Positions 9,250-18,211 of a DNA stretch of 46,319 nt are shown here, in pieces (the first letter of the stretch is position 1; every line of letters begins with the position of its first letter). A program made the translations under genes and the position numbers. Under the pieces are notes generated by a model. The model was not told the origin of the DNA, made no database searches, and saw nothing but the letters and a program-made list of their open reading frames with translations. The DNA is from a virus (Duplodnaviria > Caudoviricetes). Location of the stretch: positions 1 to 46,319 of IMG/VR virus record IMGVR_UViG_3300031848_000744. One strand, 5' to 3'.

Positions 9250-9783
9250 GTCTAAAATCTGATTAAGTTCTGTGATTTTTTCTGAACTAAATATTTCCAT
9301 AGGTCGCTGTGTGTCCAGATATGCGAGGTCAATTATTGTTAGTCCTGCTAATACTTTAGCACCAGTTTGTTCAACCAGATTTTTAGTTGCTATCATGCTA
9401 CCACCAGTGGCAACCAAATCATCTGTGATTATAGCACGATCAGTATGACCAAGTAACCCAGTTTGTAGTGTCAAGGTCGCATCACCATACTCTAATTTAT
9501 AACTTTCTTCTAATAATTCACCTGGATACTTAGCACCTTTTTTGCGTACCATCACAAGGGGCAATTTCACTGCATATGCAATTGCTGCACCTAATACAAA
9601 TCCTCTACTTTCGATACCTACAATATGCGTAGGAGTTTCTATATGCTGAATATTATCGTTTATAAGTTGATCTACAACTTTACTAAACAAAGGTCCAGCA
9701 AACAAACTATTCATATCATAGAAATTAATCCCTTTCTCTGGATAGTCTGGTATAATTCTAATGTAATCTGTTATACTACTCAT
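9247..9783 (-). CDS. apt: Adenine phosphoribosyltransferase
   Basis: IRIIPDYPEKGINFYD, GIESRGF, SYKLEYG and DDLVATGGS motifs. Confidence 0.9.
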   Translation of the reverse strand: MSSITDYIRIIPDYPEKGINFYDMNSLFAGPLFSKVVDQLINDNIQHIETPTHIVGIESRGFVLGAAIAYAVKLPLVMVRKKGAKYPGELLEESYKLEYGDATLTLQTGLLGHTDRAIITDDLVATGGSMIATKNLVEQTGAKVLAGLTIIDLAYLDTQRPMEIFSSEKITELNQILD

Positions 9784-10742
9784 TCTAAAAATCCGCTTAG
9801 TGGGTGTGTTTCATCAATTCTATTTTGACAGATTTTGAAATATTCTTTTGATTTCTCAATGCCAATAAAGTCAAAACCCAAATCTTTTGCTGCCATACCA
9901 GTAGAACCAGAACCCATAAATGGATCAAGTACAGTACCACCTTTAGGAGTGACAAGTCTCACTAAATATTTCATTAATTCTTGTGGTTTGACTGTTGGAT
10001 GTTTGTTATTCTTGCCACGGTCTTTCTTTGATACTTTTGGACAGTAGAAGAAACGCGCCCAATCTTGTTGCAGTCCATCGTGCATTATATTTGCTGGGAA
10101 TCTGCCCTCACTAAGTTCATCAGATTTGATCCGACTAGCATCAATATTAATTGCACCAGTTCTATGTTTTAATACATTCTTAGCAACAGTACCTTCAGAT
10201 ATTGCTTTGCGCCCAACCGCAATCGGTTCGTGTGCTGGTTTGAGTGCTGTACCCCAACCTTCCCAATCAGAATTACCCAAATCTTCTCTTTCGTTACCTA
10301 GTGTCTTATCAACATTTTTTCCAATATTGTGAGACTTAGGGAAACCAGAACCATACAACCACATCATTTGATCACGAATTTCAAACCCAGCATCCTCAAT
10401 CGCAACCGCCATTCTATGATAATTGCGTGAAGCAGAAAATGCAAGTATATGTCCACCAGGTTTCAATAATTCCCAAGCAAGTTTCCAAGTCTCAGCACGA
10501 AATGCAATATCACCACCGTCCCACTCTTGACCCATGAATCCACCCGCAGACATTCTTGCGTAACCATCAGCACGACCTCGCGCCCTTTCTGAAGTCTTGG
10601 TATCATCACTCAGAGATGTTTTTCCAAATCTGTCCACGATAGATTGTAGGTGATATGGTGGGTCTGTAACTACCGCATCAACTTTAATCCCTTGGTTAAT
10701 TAATTTCTGCATTTCTTCAATACAGTCACCATTAATAATCAT
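9780..10742 (-). CDS. DNA N4/N6 methyltransferase (beta class)
   Basis: N-terminal TDPPY, HPTVKP, and C-terminal LDPFMGSGSTG. Confidence 0.9.
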   Translation of the reverse strand: MIINGDCIEEMQKLINQGIKVDAVVTDPPYHLQSIVDRFGKTSLSDDTKTSERARGRADGYARMSAGGFMGQEWDGGDIAFRAETWKLAWELLKPGGHILAFSASRNYHRMAVAIEDAGFEIRDQMMWLYGSGFPKSHNIGKNVDKTLGNEREDLGNSDWEGWGTALKPAHEPIAVGRKAISEGTVAKNVLKHRTGAINIDASRIKSDELSEGRFPANIMHDGLQQDWARFFYCPKVSKKDRGKNNKHPTVKPQELMKYLVRLVTPKGGTVLDPFMGSGSTGMAAKDLGFDFIGIEKSKEYFKICQNRIDETHPLSGFLE

Positions 10743-11167
10743 ATATCTTTTACTCGCTTTCTTAAATCACTAGATGAAAATCTGTGGTCTCTTTTGTTAT
10801 AATATATTTCTATGCCTCGTTTTGAACAAATAGCGCGACCAGTAAATCTACCGTTTTTATATTCTTCACCAATAATACGAATATCTATAGGAAACATGTT
10901 TAAAATATCTTCTAAGTCTTGCTCTGTTTGATATGGAATAATTTCATCTACATATTTTACAGCAGCAAGTTGGGTGTGTCTTTCAACTAAGGTTTGTACT
11001 GGTTTATTTTTTGTGGGTCTGTCACACTGAGGATCGACTTGCAATGCACAGATTAAGTAGTCGCATTTTGTTTTTGCTTCGCGCAGCATAGTAATATGAC
11101 CAGCATGTAGTAAATCAAAAGTAGATGCCGTTATACCGACTTTAGTAGTTCCCACGTTTCTGTCCAA
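10739..11167 (-). CDS. Cytidylyltransferase (TagD/glycerol-3-phosphate CT-like)
   Basis: TFDLLHAGH (HxGH) and R..FSSSDLR motifs. Start uncertain. Confidence 0.85.
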   Translation of the reverse strand: MDRNVGTTKVGITASTFDLLHAGHITMLREAKTKCDYLICALQVDPQCDRPTKNKPVQTLVERHTQLAAVKYVDEIIPYQTEQDLEDILNMFPIDIRIIGEEYKNGRFTGRAICSKRGIEIYYNKRDHRFSSSDLRKRVKDI

Positions 11168-11835
11168 TTCTTCACTTGATATGTCGAGTTTTCACCACCA
11201 CGGTCATGTACTGCAAGAGCAATTTCATGATCATTACCACCTAAGTCACATTTATCACCGTAGAAGTTTATTATATCACAATTTTCAAAGTCTGTCAATA
11301 TCTGAGATTTATTATTTCCTTTAGATGTAATATCTATACCTGTTTCTCCAGCAACTTTAAATTCAAACAGTGGAAATTGTTCTTTCAATTTTGTGGCAAT
11401 TTTTGCTCTTTCATTGGTATAGTTGTCATATGCCACATATTGAATTCTTGTACGACTGCCTATATTTCTTCCTGGAATAGACAAGTTGTATAGACCAGCA
11501 CGTTCTTCAATATGTTGACCATTTTGAACTGGAAATGAACTATCAGTAATTGCTTTATTCAAATAACCCCACATTTCGTCAGGGAGATTTAGCGTAGATG
11601 TTTTAATATTTTTACCCTTTTCCCACACATCATTACCAGAACATTGATAGTTTCGTACAGTCATTCCCCAAATAACTTCTCCAACTTGCTCTCTTGTTTT
11701 TTGTATATCGCTACCAGTGACAAGATATACTTTGTTTTGTGTGCAAAAGTCAAAAAAGAATGAACTAAACTTTTCATCCATATTAGACCTACTTGACGTA
11801 AGTGTACCATCTACATCAAATATGTAGTGAATCAT
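11131..11835 (-). CDS. HAD-IIB phosphomannomutase-like protein (eukaryotic PMM type)
   Basis: FDVDGTLT, VTGSD, IEERAGLYNLSIPGR and FYGDKCDLGGNDHEI motifs. Confidence 0.8.
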   Translation of the reverse strand: MIHYIFDVDGTLTSSRSNMDEKFSSFFFDFCTQNKVYLVTGSDIQKTREQVGEVIWGMTVRNYQCSGNDVWEKGKNIKTSTLNLPDEMWGYLNKAITDSSFPVQNGQHIEERAGLYNLSIPGRNIGSRTRIQYVAYDNYTNERAKIATKLKEQFPLFEFKVAGETGIDITSKGNNKSQILTDFENCDIINFYGDKCDLGGNDHEIALAVHDRGGENSTYQVKNWTETWELLKSV

Positions 11836-13049
11836 ATTTTATTACCTATTAAATCTTCGAGTGTTTTTAATACTTCCCAACTCTTATCCTCTATATTTTT
11901 TTCTATACACGTTTTAACACATTGTCGAGTAAAGTCTAGAGAAAAACGCACACCATCCTCACCCATGCCAGTGTTAATCAAATATACATTACATTCATTC
12001 GATTCGATTTTCTGCATCAGCAAATCACTATATTCTTTCACAGGTCGCGGCATAAAAGGTGAACCATAACATGGACTGAATAGTGGTTTAATCTCAGTTG
12101 CGCCTTTTTCAGTACCAGGCATCTGACTTGTATATCCAGTTTCGAAAAATTTACGAACTGTTTCACCACTAATTTTACTATAGGGTGGAAACACTCCTTT
12201 AGCATCCATAGTTAAGAAAAATATATTATCTGGATGATCAAATTTTTGAGGTTTGTGATATGCGTTTTCAACACAAGTAATAGGATAACTCAGTCTTGCG
12301 TTTGCAACACCTGGATTTTCTACAACTAAGCAATCTTCTAATTTTGCCTTTTCAACAGCATCGAAGATCGTCTTATGTGTTTCTGGAGTCAGTCCCTCGC
12401 TCTTGGCATAGCATCCAGTTTCGATCATTTTGATGCCCTTATCATCCCAATAAACCTCATCATCACTAATCAACGCATAATCTGGGTCACTACTTAGTGT
12501 AGTTTTACCTGTTCCACTTAATCCAAACATCAAATTTGTAGTCGCATCATATGTAAATGCGCTACAATGCATTGGTAGATAATTTTTTCTAGGAAGTTCA
12601 AATCCTATGACACCAAAAACTCCTTTCTTGATCTCACCAAGGAAGGTAGTACCTGCTATTAACATTGTTTTGGTATCAAGATTTACATGAATTTTGGGTT
12701 CTGAAACTTCTAGTTCTGTGTTGTGCCAGATCGTCCACTCTGGAACATTATGCCCAAAACCTTTAGGAAGAACATCAAACATATTTCTAACAAATTGTTC
12801 ATGCCTTGCATCATTAGTATACACTTGAAATCTAATATTTGCAGATTCAAATTGTAAAGGTTTTCTGTAGATATATCCTGTTATCCCTCTAGGCAACATT
12901 TGATCTGCTAATGAAAGATAATCATCCATGTCACCCACTTTACAATATTTTGGTCTCTCTTTACATAGTTCTGAAGTTGCTTTACCAAAAAAATATTTGT
13001 TATCTGGACTACGCCCAGTTGGATTTGTTGTGATACTGATGTTTGCCAT
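11832..13049 (-). CDS. pckA: ATP-dependent PEP carboxykinase, shortened (405 aa)
   Basis: TGRSP, GEIKKG, PMHCSA, FGLSGTGKTTLS, DDE, GCYAK, NARLSYP, GTE and FSPCYGSPF motifs. Confidence 0.9.
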   Translation of the reverse strand: MANISITTNPTGRSPDNKYFFGKATSELCKERPKYCKVGDMDDYLSLADQMLPRGITGYIYRKPLQFESANIRFQVYTNDARHEQFVRNMFDVLPKGFGHNVPEWTIWHNTELEVSEPKIHVNLDTKTMLIAGTTFLGEIKKGVFGVIGFELPRKNYLPMHCSAFTYDATTNLMFGLSGTGKTTLSSDPDYALISDDEVYWDDKGIKMIETGCYAKSEGLTPETHKTIFDAVEKAKLEDCLVVENPGVANARLSYPITCVENAYHKPQKFDHPDNIFFLTMDAKGVFPPYSKISGETVRKFFETGYTSQMPGTEKGATEIKPLFSPCYGSPFMPRPVKEYSDLLMQKIESNECNVYLINTGMGEDGVRFSLDFTRQCVKTCIEKNIEDKSWEVLKTLEDLIGNKI

Positions 13050-13054
13050 TATCT

Positions 13055-13237
13055 TTAACCTTTATTTTTTATATAGTCTAATTCAACAGGTTGATGCAGC
13101 GCACTTTGACCGATAGATTGAACAAGTCCAGTTGGATTGCCCAATGAATCACGAATTTGATATAGTACAGGTCGTGCTTCAAGTTTCTCTATACGTTTTT
13201 CTAAATCTTCGATTTTCTTATTCACCAGAATATCCAA
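13055..13237 (-). CDS. Hypothetical protein
   Basis: 60 aa with an N-terminal coiled coil. Start uncertain. Confidence 0.5.
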   Translation of the reverse strand: MDILVNKKIEDLEKRIEKLEARPVLYQIRDSLGNPTGLVQSIGQSALHQPVELDYIKNKG

Positions 13238-13568
13238 TAGTTTCTCTCACAATATCATTGTGATTAAATTCTGCCCAATACAATTCAAATGCAGTACCAC
13301 TTTCTACACACTCAAATTGATGATATACGCCAGGTTTTACCTTCGTATAATCGCCTGGACCCAGAATAGTTTCGTCAACCAAATCGTAATCATTTTGCCA
13401 GACGCGAACTTTCATAATGCCTTCTTCGACATAAAATCCATTCCATTTGTATTCGTGAAGGTGTTTACTACATACACCACCTCTCACCATTTCAATTCTA
13501 TGAAATTCTAGCGCACCGTTTGCTTCAATCAATTCGGTTTGCCCCCAAACTTTACCTGCAATCGTCAT
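13218..13568 (-). CDS. Cupin-domain protein (mannose-6-phosphate isomerase type II C-terminal-like)
   Basis: KVWG, SKHLHEYK and PGVYHQF cupin motifs. Confidence 0.75.
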   Translation of the reverse strand: MTIAGKVWGQTELIEANGALEFHRIEMVRGGVCSKHLHEYKWNGFYVEEGIMKVRVWQNDYDLVDETILGPGDYTKVKPGVYHQFECVESGTAFELYWAEFNHNDIVRETIGYSGE

Positions 13569-14368
13569 TATTTACTCCATCTACTTGCATCATATATCTT
13601 ATCTATATTTGATTTAATTCTTGTATCAAAATCTTCAGTAGTTTGCGAATAGAATAGACCTTCGCTCAATCCTCTACTGAAACTCGCACTCATGTGACTC
13701 GCCTCACTCAATCTCTCACACGCTTCTTTAGTAGAATATCCACCACTAAGACCCACAATCTTTTCAACTGAATTGCATTCATACAAATCAGAATAAGTAT
13801 GATGGTGATTAGGTATGGTCAATTTAAGAATAAGTTGTCCAGAAAAAACTTTGCATCTGTTATACAATTCTTCATTCAAATACATTTCCATCGCACTTTT
13901 TTCAATTGAAGAAATAGGTATTTCTGGTTCTATTATGGGTGTTAAACCAGCATTTGAAATTCTAGTTGCTATTTCGAACTGTTGATCAAGAATTGCAGGG
14001 ATAGCATACATTTCATTAACAATACTTCTCATTTTAGTGCCGACACATCCACTCCCTAGAGCAAATCTGATCATAGAGTCAACATCAAATTCCTTTAGGA
14101 GACCGTCTGGTTCACATCCACTATCAACCTTTAAAATAGCATGAATACCTTTATTGGCAAGAACTGCAACCATATCTTTTTCAACGGAATCCTTATAAAG
14201 AATTGCGTGACTAATCTTATCATTTGTAAAGTGTTTATTCAGTACCATACGCAACCGCATACGGTGAACTAAATCCATTTTATTATCTTCAGTATATTCT
14301 TGACCATATCGCTCTAATACGCCGCCAGTGCTACCACCAGAATGATCCATTGCTGCTATAAATGTCAT
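13568..14368 (-). CDS. fda: Class I fructose-1,6-bisphosphate aldolase
   Basis: FIAAMDHSGGST, LKVD, TKMRS, PIIEPE, LKLTIP (Schiff-base Lys), LSGGYS and ASFSR motifs. Confidence 0.9.
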   Translation of the reverse strand: MTFIAAMDHSGGSTGGVLERYGQEYTEDNKMDLVHRMRLRMVLNKHFTNDKISHAILYKDSVEKDMVAVLANKGIHAILKVDSGCEPDGLLKEFDVDSMIRFALGSGCVGTKMRSIVNEMYAIPAILDQQFEIATRISNAGLTPIIEPEIPISSIEKSAMEMYLNEELYNRCKVFSGQLILKLTIPNHHHTYSDLYECNSVEKIVGLSGGYSTKEACERLSEASHMSASFSRGLSEGLFYSQTTEDFDTRIKSNIDKIYDASRWSK

Positions 14369-14400
14369 ACATTTCTCCTATGTTATAAATCTTTTTTAAA

Positions 14401-15498
14401 TTATTTTAAACCTATGTATTCGTGTGAATAGCATAATCTATCAGCATGTTTTATTAAATGCTCAACAGATAACTTAGAATCTTTTCTTCTTTTTACAGAA
14501 TTATATAATTCTTTTAAATAATCTTTTCTTGTTTTCATATTGTGAGAGGTATTTCTCCATTTTTTAGATTGATTTCTATATCCACCTAAACGAATATTTG
14601 CCGTTTTGCTATAGTATTTTTTTCCTTCACTCAACATTATTTCGCCAGTTGCTTCAGACATTCTTGGACCAAAACCTAAACCTTGATAATCAGGACATAT
14701 AACAATCCTATGCTCTCTCCAAGCATTTTTAATGGTTCCAGTTGGCATTGAAATTACGCTAGAAAATCCGATAGGTCGGTCTTCCCACCATCCAATCCAA
14801 CATCGCACACCTTTATTGATGTTTCCGCTGAGATAGTGATGGTTGCTGAAATATTTCCAGACCTTTGTAGAACTTTCTTCAAGAGTGAATTTGATATTAG
14901 GTCGCCTTTGACACCCCCTAGTTAAAGTTTCTGTTGCAAGATCATATACCCAATCAGGTTCTAACCATTCTAATATATCATAATGACACGTAGCCAACAC
15001 AACATTTTTAACATCAAATTTCTTTACATATCTTCCCATCGCACATGCTAAAGATATTGCAACTGTCCTATCAACGACTGATGTAAACTCATCTACTACT
15101 GCTCCAGACCGCAAGCATCTAGCCATATCCGCTCTATGTTTTTCACCAGTTGATAGAACATGATAAGGTTTTGTCCAAGTTGGTACACTATTAAGACCAA
15201 CCGCACCCAACATTTTAGCGGCAGTTTTTGCATCTGGAAAATGACTAACGATGGCTTTATTTGGATTCCAATCGTAAGTATATTCATTTCCAAACTTTTT
15301 TAGCAAAGTGCTTTTTCCTGTTCCAGATGGACCAACAATAACACCAATACCAAAAGAAGATTCAACTTCTGGCATATCTGGAACTTTAAATTGAGAGTTC
15401 CCATCAAAGTCATAATCAAATATTTTTGATATCTCATCAGTTATATCGTCAAGTTCTACTACTGAATTTAAATATTCGGTTTCTCCAAATAAACTCAT
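14401..15498 (-). CDS. ABC-type ATPase fused to a Mom-like GNAT acetyltransferase
   Basis: GPSGTGKS, LSTGEK, VVDEFTS and ATCH in the N-terminal half. HHYL and RIVICPDYQGLGFG in the C-terminal half. Confidence 0.8.
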   Translation of the reverse strand: MSLFGETEYLNSVVELDDITDEISKIFDYDFDGNSQFKVPDMPEVESSFGIGVIVGPSGTGKSTLLKKFGNEYTYDWNPNKAIVSHFPDAKTAAKMLGAVGLNSVPTWTKPYHVLSTGEKHRADMARCLRSGAVVDEFTSVVDRTVAISLACAMGRYVKKFDVKNVVLATCHYDILEWLEPDWVYDLATETLTRGCQRRPNIKFTLEESSTKVWKYFSNHHYLSGNINKGVRCWIGWWEDRPIGFSSVISMPTGTIKNAWREHRIVICPDYQGLGFGPRMSEATGEIMLSEGKKYYSKTANIRLGGYRNQSKKWRNTSHNMKTRKDYLKELYNSVKRRKDSKLSVEHLIKHADRLCYSHEYIGLK

Positions 15499-15540
15499 AA
15501 TACATTCCTATATGCGTATTCTAATGTCATATATTTCTCC
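15495..15540 (-). repeat. Chimeric junction made of two dispersed direct repeats, encoding mini-ORF MTLEYAYRNVL
   Basis: 15495-15523 matches 16601-16629 at 27/29 nt. 15523-15540 matches 14361-14378 at 17/18 nt. Confidence 0.85.
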
Positions 15541-15544
15541 CAGT

Positions 15545-15703
15545 TTAAAATTTCTTTGTGTCTTCTTTACCTTGCTTACGGAATCTTTTATTGTATCCAC
15601 GTTTGATCTTTTTAAGTTGTCCTTTGCTCCACATATAGAACTTACGTGTGCGTTTATTAAGAGCATCGTATTCATCTCCACCCTTCATGGGAATCTTAAC
15701 CAT
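15545..15703 (-). CDS. Small basic protein (52 aa, not in ORF track)
   Basis: MVKIPMKGGDEYDALNKRTRKFYMWSKGQLKKIKRGYNKRFRKQGKEDTKKF, with an AGGA RBS. Confidence 0.65.
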   Translation of the reverse strand: MVKIPMKGGDEYDALNKRTRKFYMWSKGQLKKIKRGYNKRFRKQGKEDTKKF

Positions 15704-15737
15704 ATGTTTTCCTACTCTAAAAAATTATCTAATGACA

Positions 15738-16604
15738 TTAGATAAACTCCATCAAATTTACTTCTGTTTTCATTGAATAGTTTGTCAAAAGCAATTCTTT
15801 TCTTTTCTTTTGATTTGTATTATAGTTTCCAGTGCTTCGCATAGTATAAGTTAATCCCCATTCTTTTTGATCCCATGCTGAAAACCATTCCTTCAATATA
15901 TCATTAGAATTATATGTGATCATTACAGTATTATTAGACTCTTCGCAATCCAAATAAAATTTCTTATGGTCAAATCCGCTATGCATATCTCCGCTGGCAC
16001 CATATAAATTATCCTTTATATCATAAGGTGGATCAAGAAATACAAATGCTGATGGATCAGCATCTAACACACAAGTATAATCATCGTTTGTAATTTTCCA
16101 ATCTTTTATAAAAGGACCGTATTTTTTTAACTTTTCGATGACCGAAATGGTCCAATTACTCTTACATGCAAGTATACTAAAACCTCCAGTTTCTGTCAAT
16201 CCAGAAAATGACATTTTGTTTAGATTAAAGAACCGCCATGCTACTTCGAATGTATCATCAGTTTCTTTTAATTCATTCTGCCAGATTTTGAATTGTTCTT
16301 TGTGATGCTCATCAGATTTACCGTCCAATATCTGTTTGTCGTTTTTTACTTTATTATAAAGATTTTTCCAATCATCTCTTAGAGTGATCCAAAAGCAGTA
16401 TAGGTTGTAATATTTGTCATTAATATGAATTGGAATATTTGGATATTTTTTGGCAAATGCGATTGCAGGCGAACCGCCACCGATAAACCCTTCCCTATAA
16501 GTTTCTATATTTTCCATAGAGGGCATATGTTCAGATTGCAAAAGAAACGGCATGGCGCGGGACTTACCACCTGGATACCTCAGAGGGGTCTTACAGTTTT
16601 TCAT
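15738..16604 (-). CDS. dam: DNA adenine methyltransferase (Dam/D12 class)
   Basis: PLRYPGGKS, F-IGGGS and FLDPPY motifs. Confidence 0.9.
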   Translation of the reverse strand: MKNCKTPLRYPGGKSRAMPFLLQSEHMPSMENIETYREGFIGGGSPAIAFAKKYPNIPIHINDKYYNLYCFWITLRDDWKNLYNKVKNDKQILDGKSDEHHKEQFKIWQNELKETDDTFEVAWRFFNLNKMSFSGLTETGGFSILACKSNWTISVIEKLKKYGPFIKDWKITNDDYTCVLDADPSAFVFLDPPYDIKDNLYGASGDMHSGFDHKKFYLDCEESNNTVMITYNSNDILKEWFSAWDQKEWGLTYTMRSTGNYNTNQKKRKELLLTNYSMKTEVNLMEFI

Positions 16605-17536
16605 AATACATTCCTATACGCATATTCTATTGCTCTATCCGCTTCAACAGCAAGTGCTCTTTTTTCGTATTTCCTAGAAGTTTCAGCATCTAATTCTCTT
16701 ATCAATTGATCTAACTCAAATGCTGTTATAGGATACTTTTTCTTAATTGCGTTCATTGCAGTGCTTACCATAATTTTATATATCATAGCATATCTACCAG
16801 AATTGTCAACACCAGAAATATCAAACCAATCTTTTATTTGACGCTTATTCACAAATGGACAATCTCTGTATCCTGTCCATCTAATATCCGTGTTATCTAA
16901 TTTACTCTTTTCATATTCAATCGCTCTTTCCATTATATGTTTTGGCATACGATCTTTGAAACTACTTCCTACTTTAGTTTCATATGGATGCTTTGCAATC
17001 AACTCATTAGGGTTAATATCATTACCATCATTGCTGAATATGAAATTGTGGGAATTAGTATAATTAGCAGGAATGTAATACATTCTAGATAAATCTTTAG
17101 TTTGCCCATCACCTATTTCACCTAGTTCCTTGTTCAGCGCAAACCAAAATGGACGAATTTTAAGGTTTTCGACTTCTTCAGTGAGTGGAAATACAAGTCT
17201 AAATTTTGGATGAGCAATCGAACTACTAGCGGTGCTATAACAAATATAAGTGTAATCGCCAAAACGATCAGATAATTCATCCTTTAAGTTTCCTTTAAAG
17301 ACATGATCATCAACATCAACAGCAGTCCAATTTGCCCAATTAACCACATTCGAGTTTGCCCTAGTTGTGCTAGGTAAGTAAGTAGCAGGTGAAATAAGTT
17401 GTGCATCCTGTTTTCCTTCTATGTTCTGCTCCGATAACTTATATAGGAAATCCTTAAAGGTATCCCACCGAAGAAAATTCATTCTTCGATGGGTTTTATT
17501 ATCGTATATAGATTTAAATACTGTTAGCGAATACAC
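16601..17536 (-). CDS. Archaeo-eukaryotic primase/polymerase-like protein
   Basis: AVDVDD, YSTASS..PKFRLVFPL and KDLSRMYYIP motifs, plus a helical C-terminal domain. GTG start. Confidence 0.6.
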   Translation of the reverse strand: MYSLTVFKSIYDNKTHRRMNFLRWDTFKDFLYKLSEQNIEGKQDAQLISPATYLPSTTRANSNVVNWANWTAVDVDDHVFKGNLKDELSDRFGDYTYICYSTASSSIAHPKFRLVFPLTEEVENLKIRPFWFALNKELGEIGDGQTKDLSRMYYIPANYTNSHNFIFSNDGNDINPNELIAKHPYETKVGSSFKDRMPKHIMERAIEYEKSKLDNTDIRWTGYRDCPFVNKRQIKDWFDISGVDNSGRYAMIYKIMVSTAMNAIKKKYPITAFELDQLIRELDAETSRKYEKRALAVEADRAIEYAYRNVL

Positions 17537-17583
17537 TTTGATTATCTACTTATTTGAAAACAACATTAAATGAATCTGCATAA

Positions 17584-17910
17584 TCAGGAATCTCCCTCTT
17601 TTACAAAGATACCGTCAATCATGCGACCTTTACGATCCTTGATATCATTATAAGCAACGGTTAAGCAATCATTCATAGTAATATTGTTACGTTTCATAAT
17701 ATTAATCATTACAACCATCATATCACCTAAGTCATCACGAATATCATTACCCTTACATACACTATCAGACAACTCACCTAACTCTTGCATGAGTTTCAAG
17801 ACCTGATCTTTATCTGTCGAACCTTCAATTAGATTTCGATCTTCGTGCCAATCTCCAATTTTATTCACCAATGCTGCAACGTGTAGTTTTTGCGTAGTTT
17901 CCATATTCAT
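17584..17910 (-). CDS. MazG-like nucleotide pyrophosphohydrolase
   Basis: KLMQELGEL...DDLGD...AYNDIKDRKG motifs. Confidence 0.8.
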   Translation of the reverse strand: MNMETTQKLHVAALVNKIGDWHEDRNLIEGSTDKDQVLKLMQELGELSDSVCKGNDIRDDLGDMMVVMINIMKRNNITMNDCLTVAYNDIKDRKGRMIDGIFVKEGDS

Positions 17911-17943
17911 TTGCTATCCCTTATCCATTCACTAATTTATAAT

Positions 17944-17972
17944 ATAATACCATATATTTAATGCGTTGTCAA
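17944..17972 (-). promoter_or_regulatory. Sigma70-like promoter TTGACA-17-TATTAT
   Basis: Seen directly upstream of the MazG-like gene. Confidence 0.7.
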
Positions 17973-17975
17973 GGT

Positions 17976-18179
17976 TTATTTGTACACCTCAATTCCGACT
18001 TGCCAATAGGTTTTAGTATCAGTTACCCAAGGCATATCTTTGAAAACAACTGCCTCATCGACAAAAAATGGACCTGACGTATAAACGTCACATGTTTGAT
18101 CATAACTACGCAACTCTGCATCAACAAATGTTTGGGCATCTGCTTTGGTGTCGAATCTATATTCTTTTTTATTGTGCAT
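17976..18179 (-). CDS. Hypothetical protein
   Basis: 67 aa with its own promoter. Confidence 0.6.
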   Translation of the reverse strand: MHNKKEYRFDTKADAQTFVDAELRSYDQTCDVYTSGPFFVDEAVVFKDMPWVTDTKTYWQVGIEVYK

Positions 18180-18211
18180 CTTATCAAGTCCTTAATTTTA
18201 TCTACTCCTAT

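Noticed and set aside
13055-13237. Possible frameshifted N-terminus of pckA
   Set aside because: No resemblance to the PckA N-terminus; pckA has its own ATG after AAGG.
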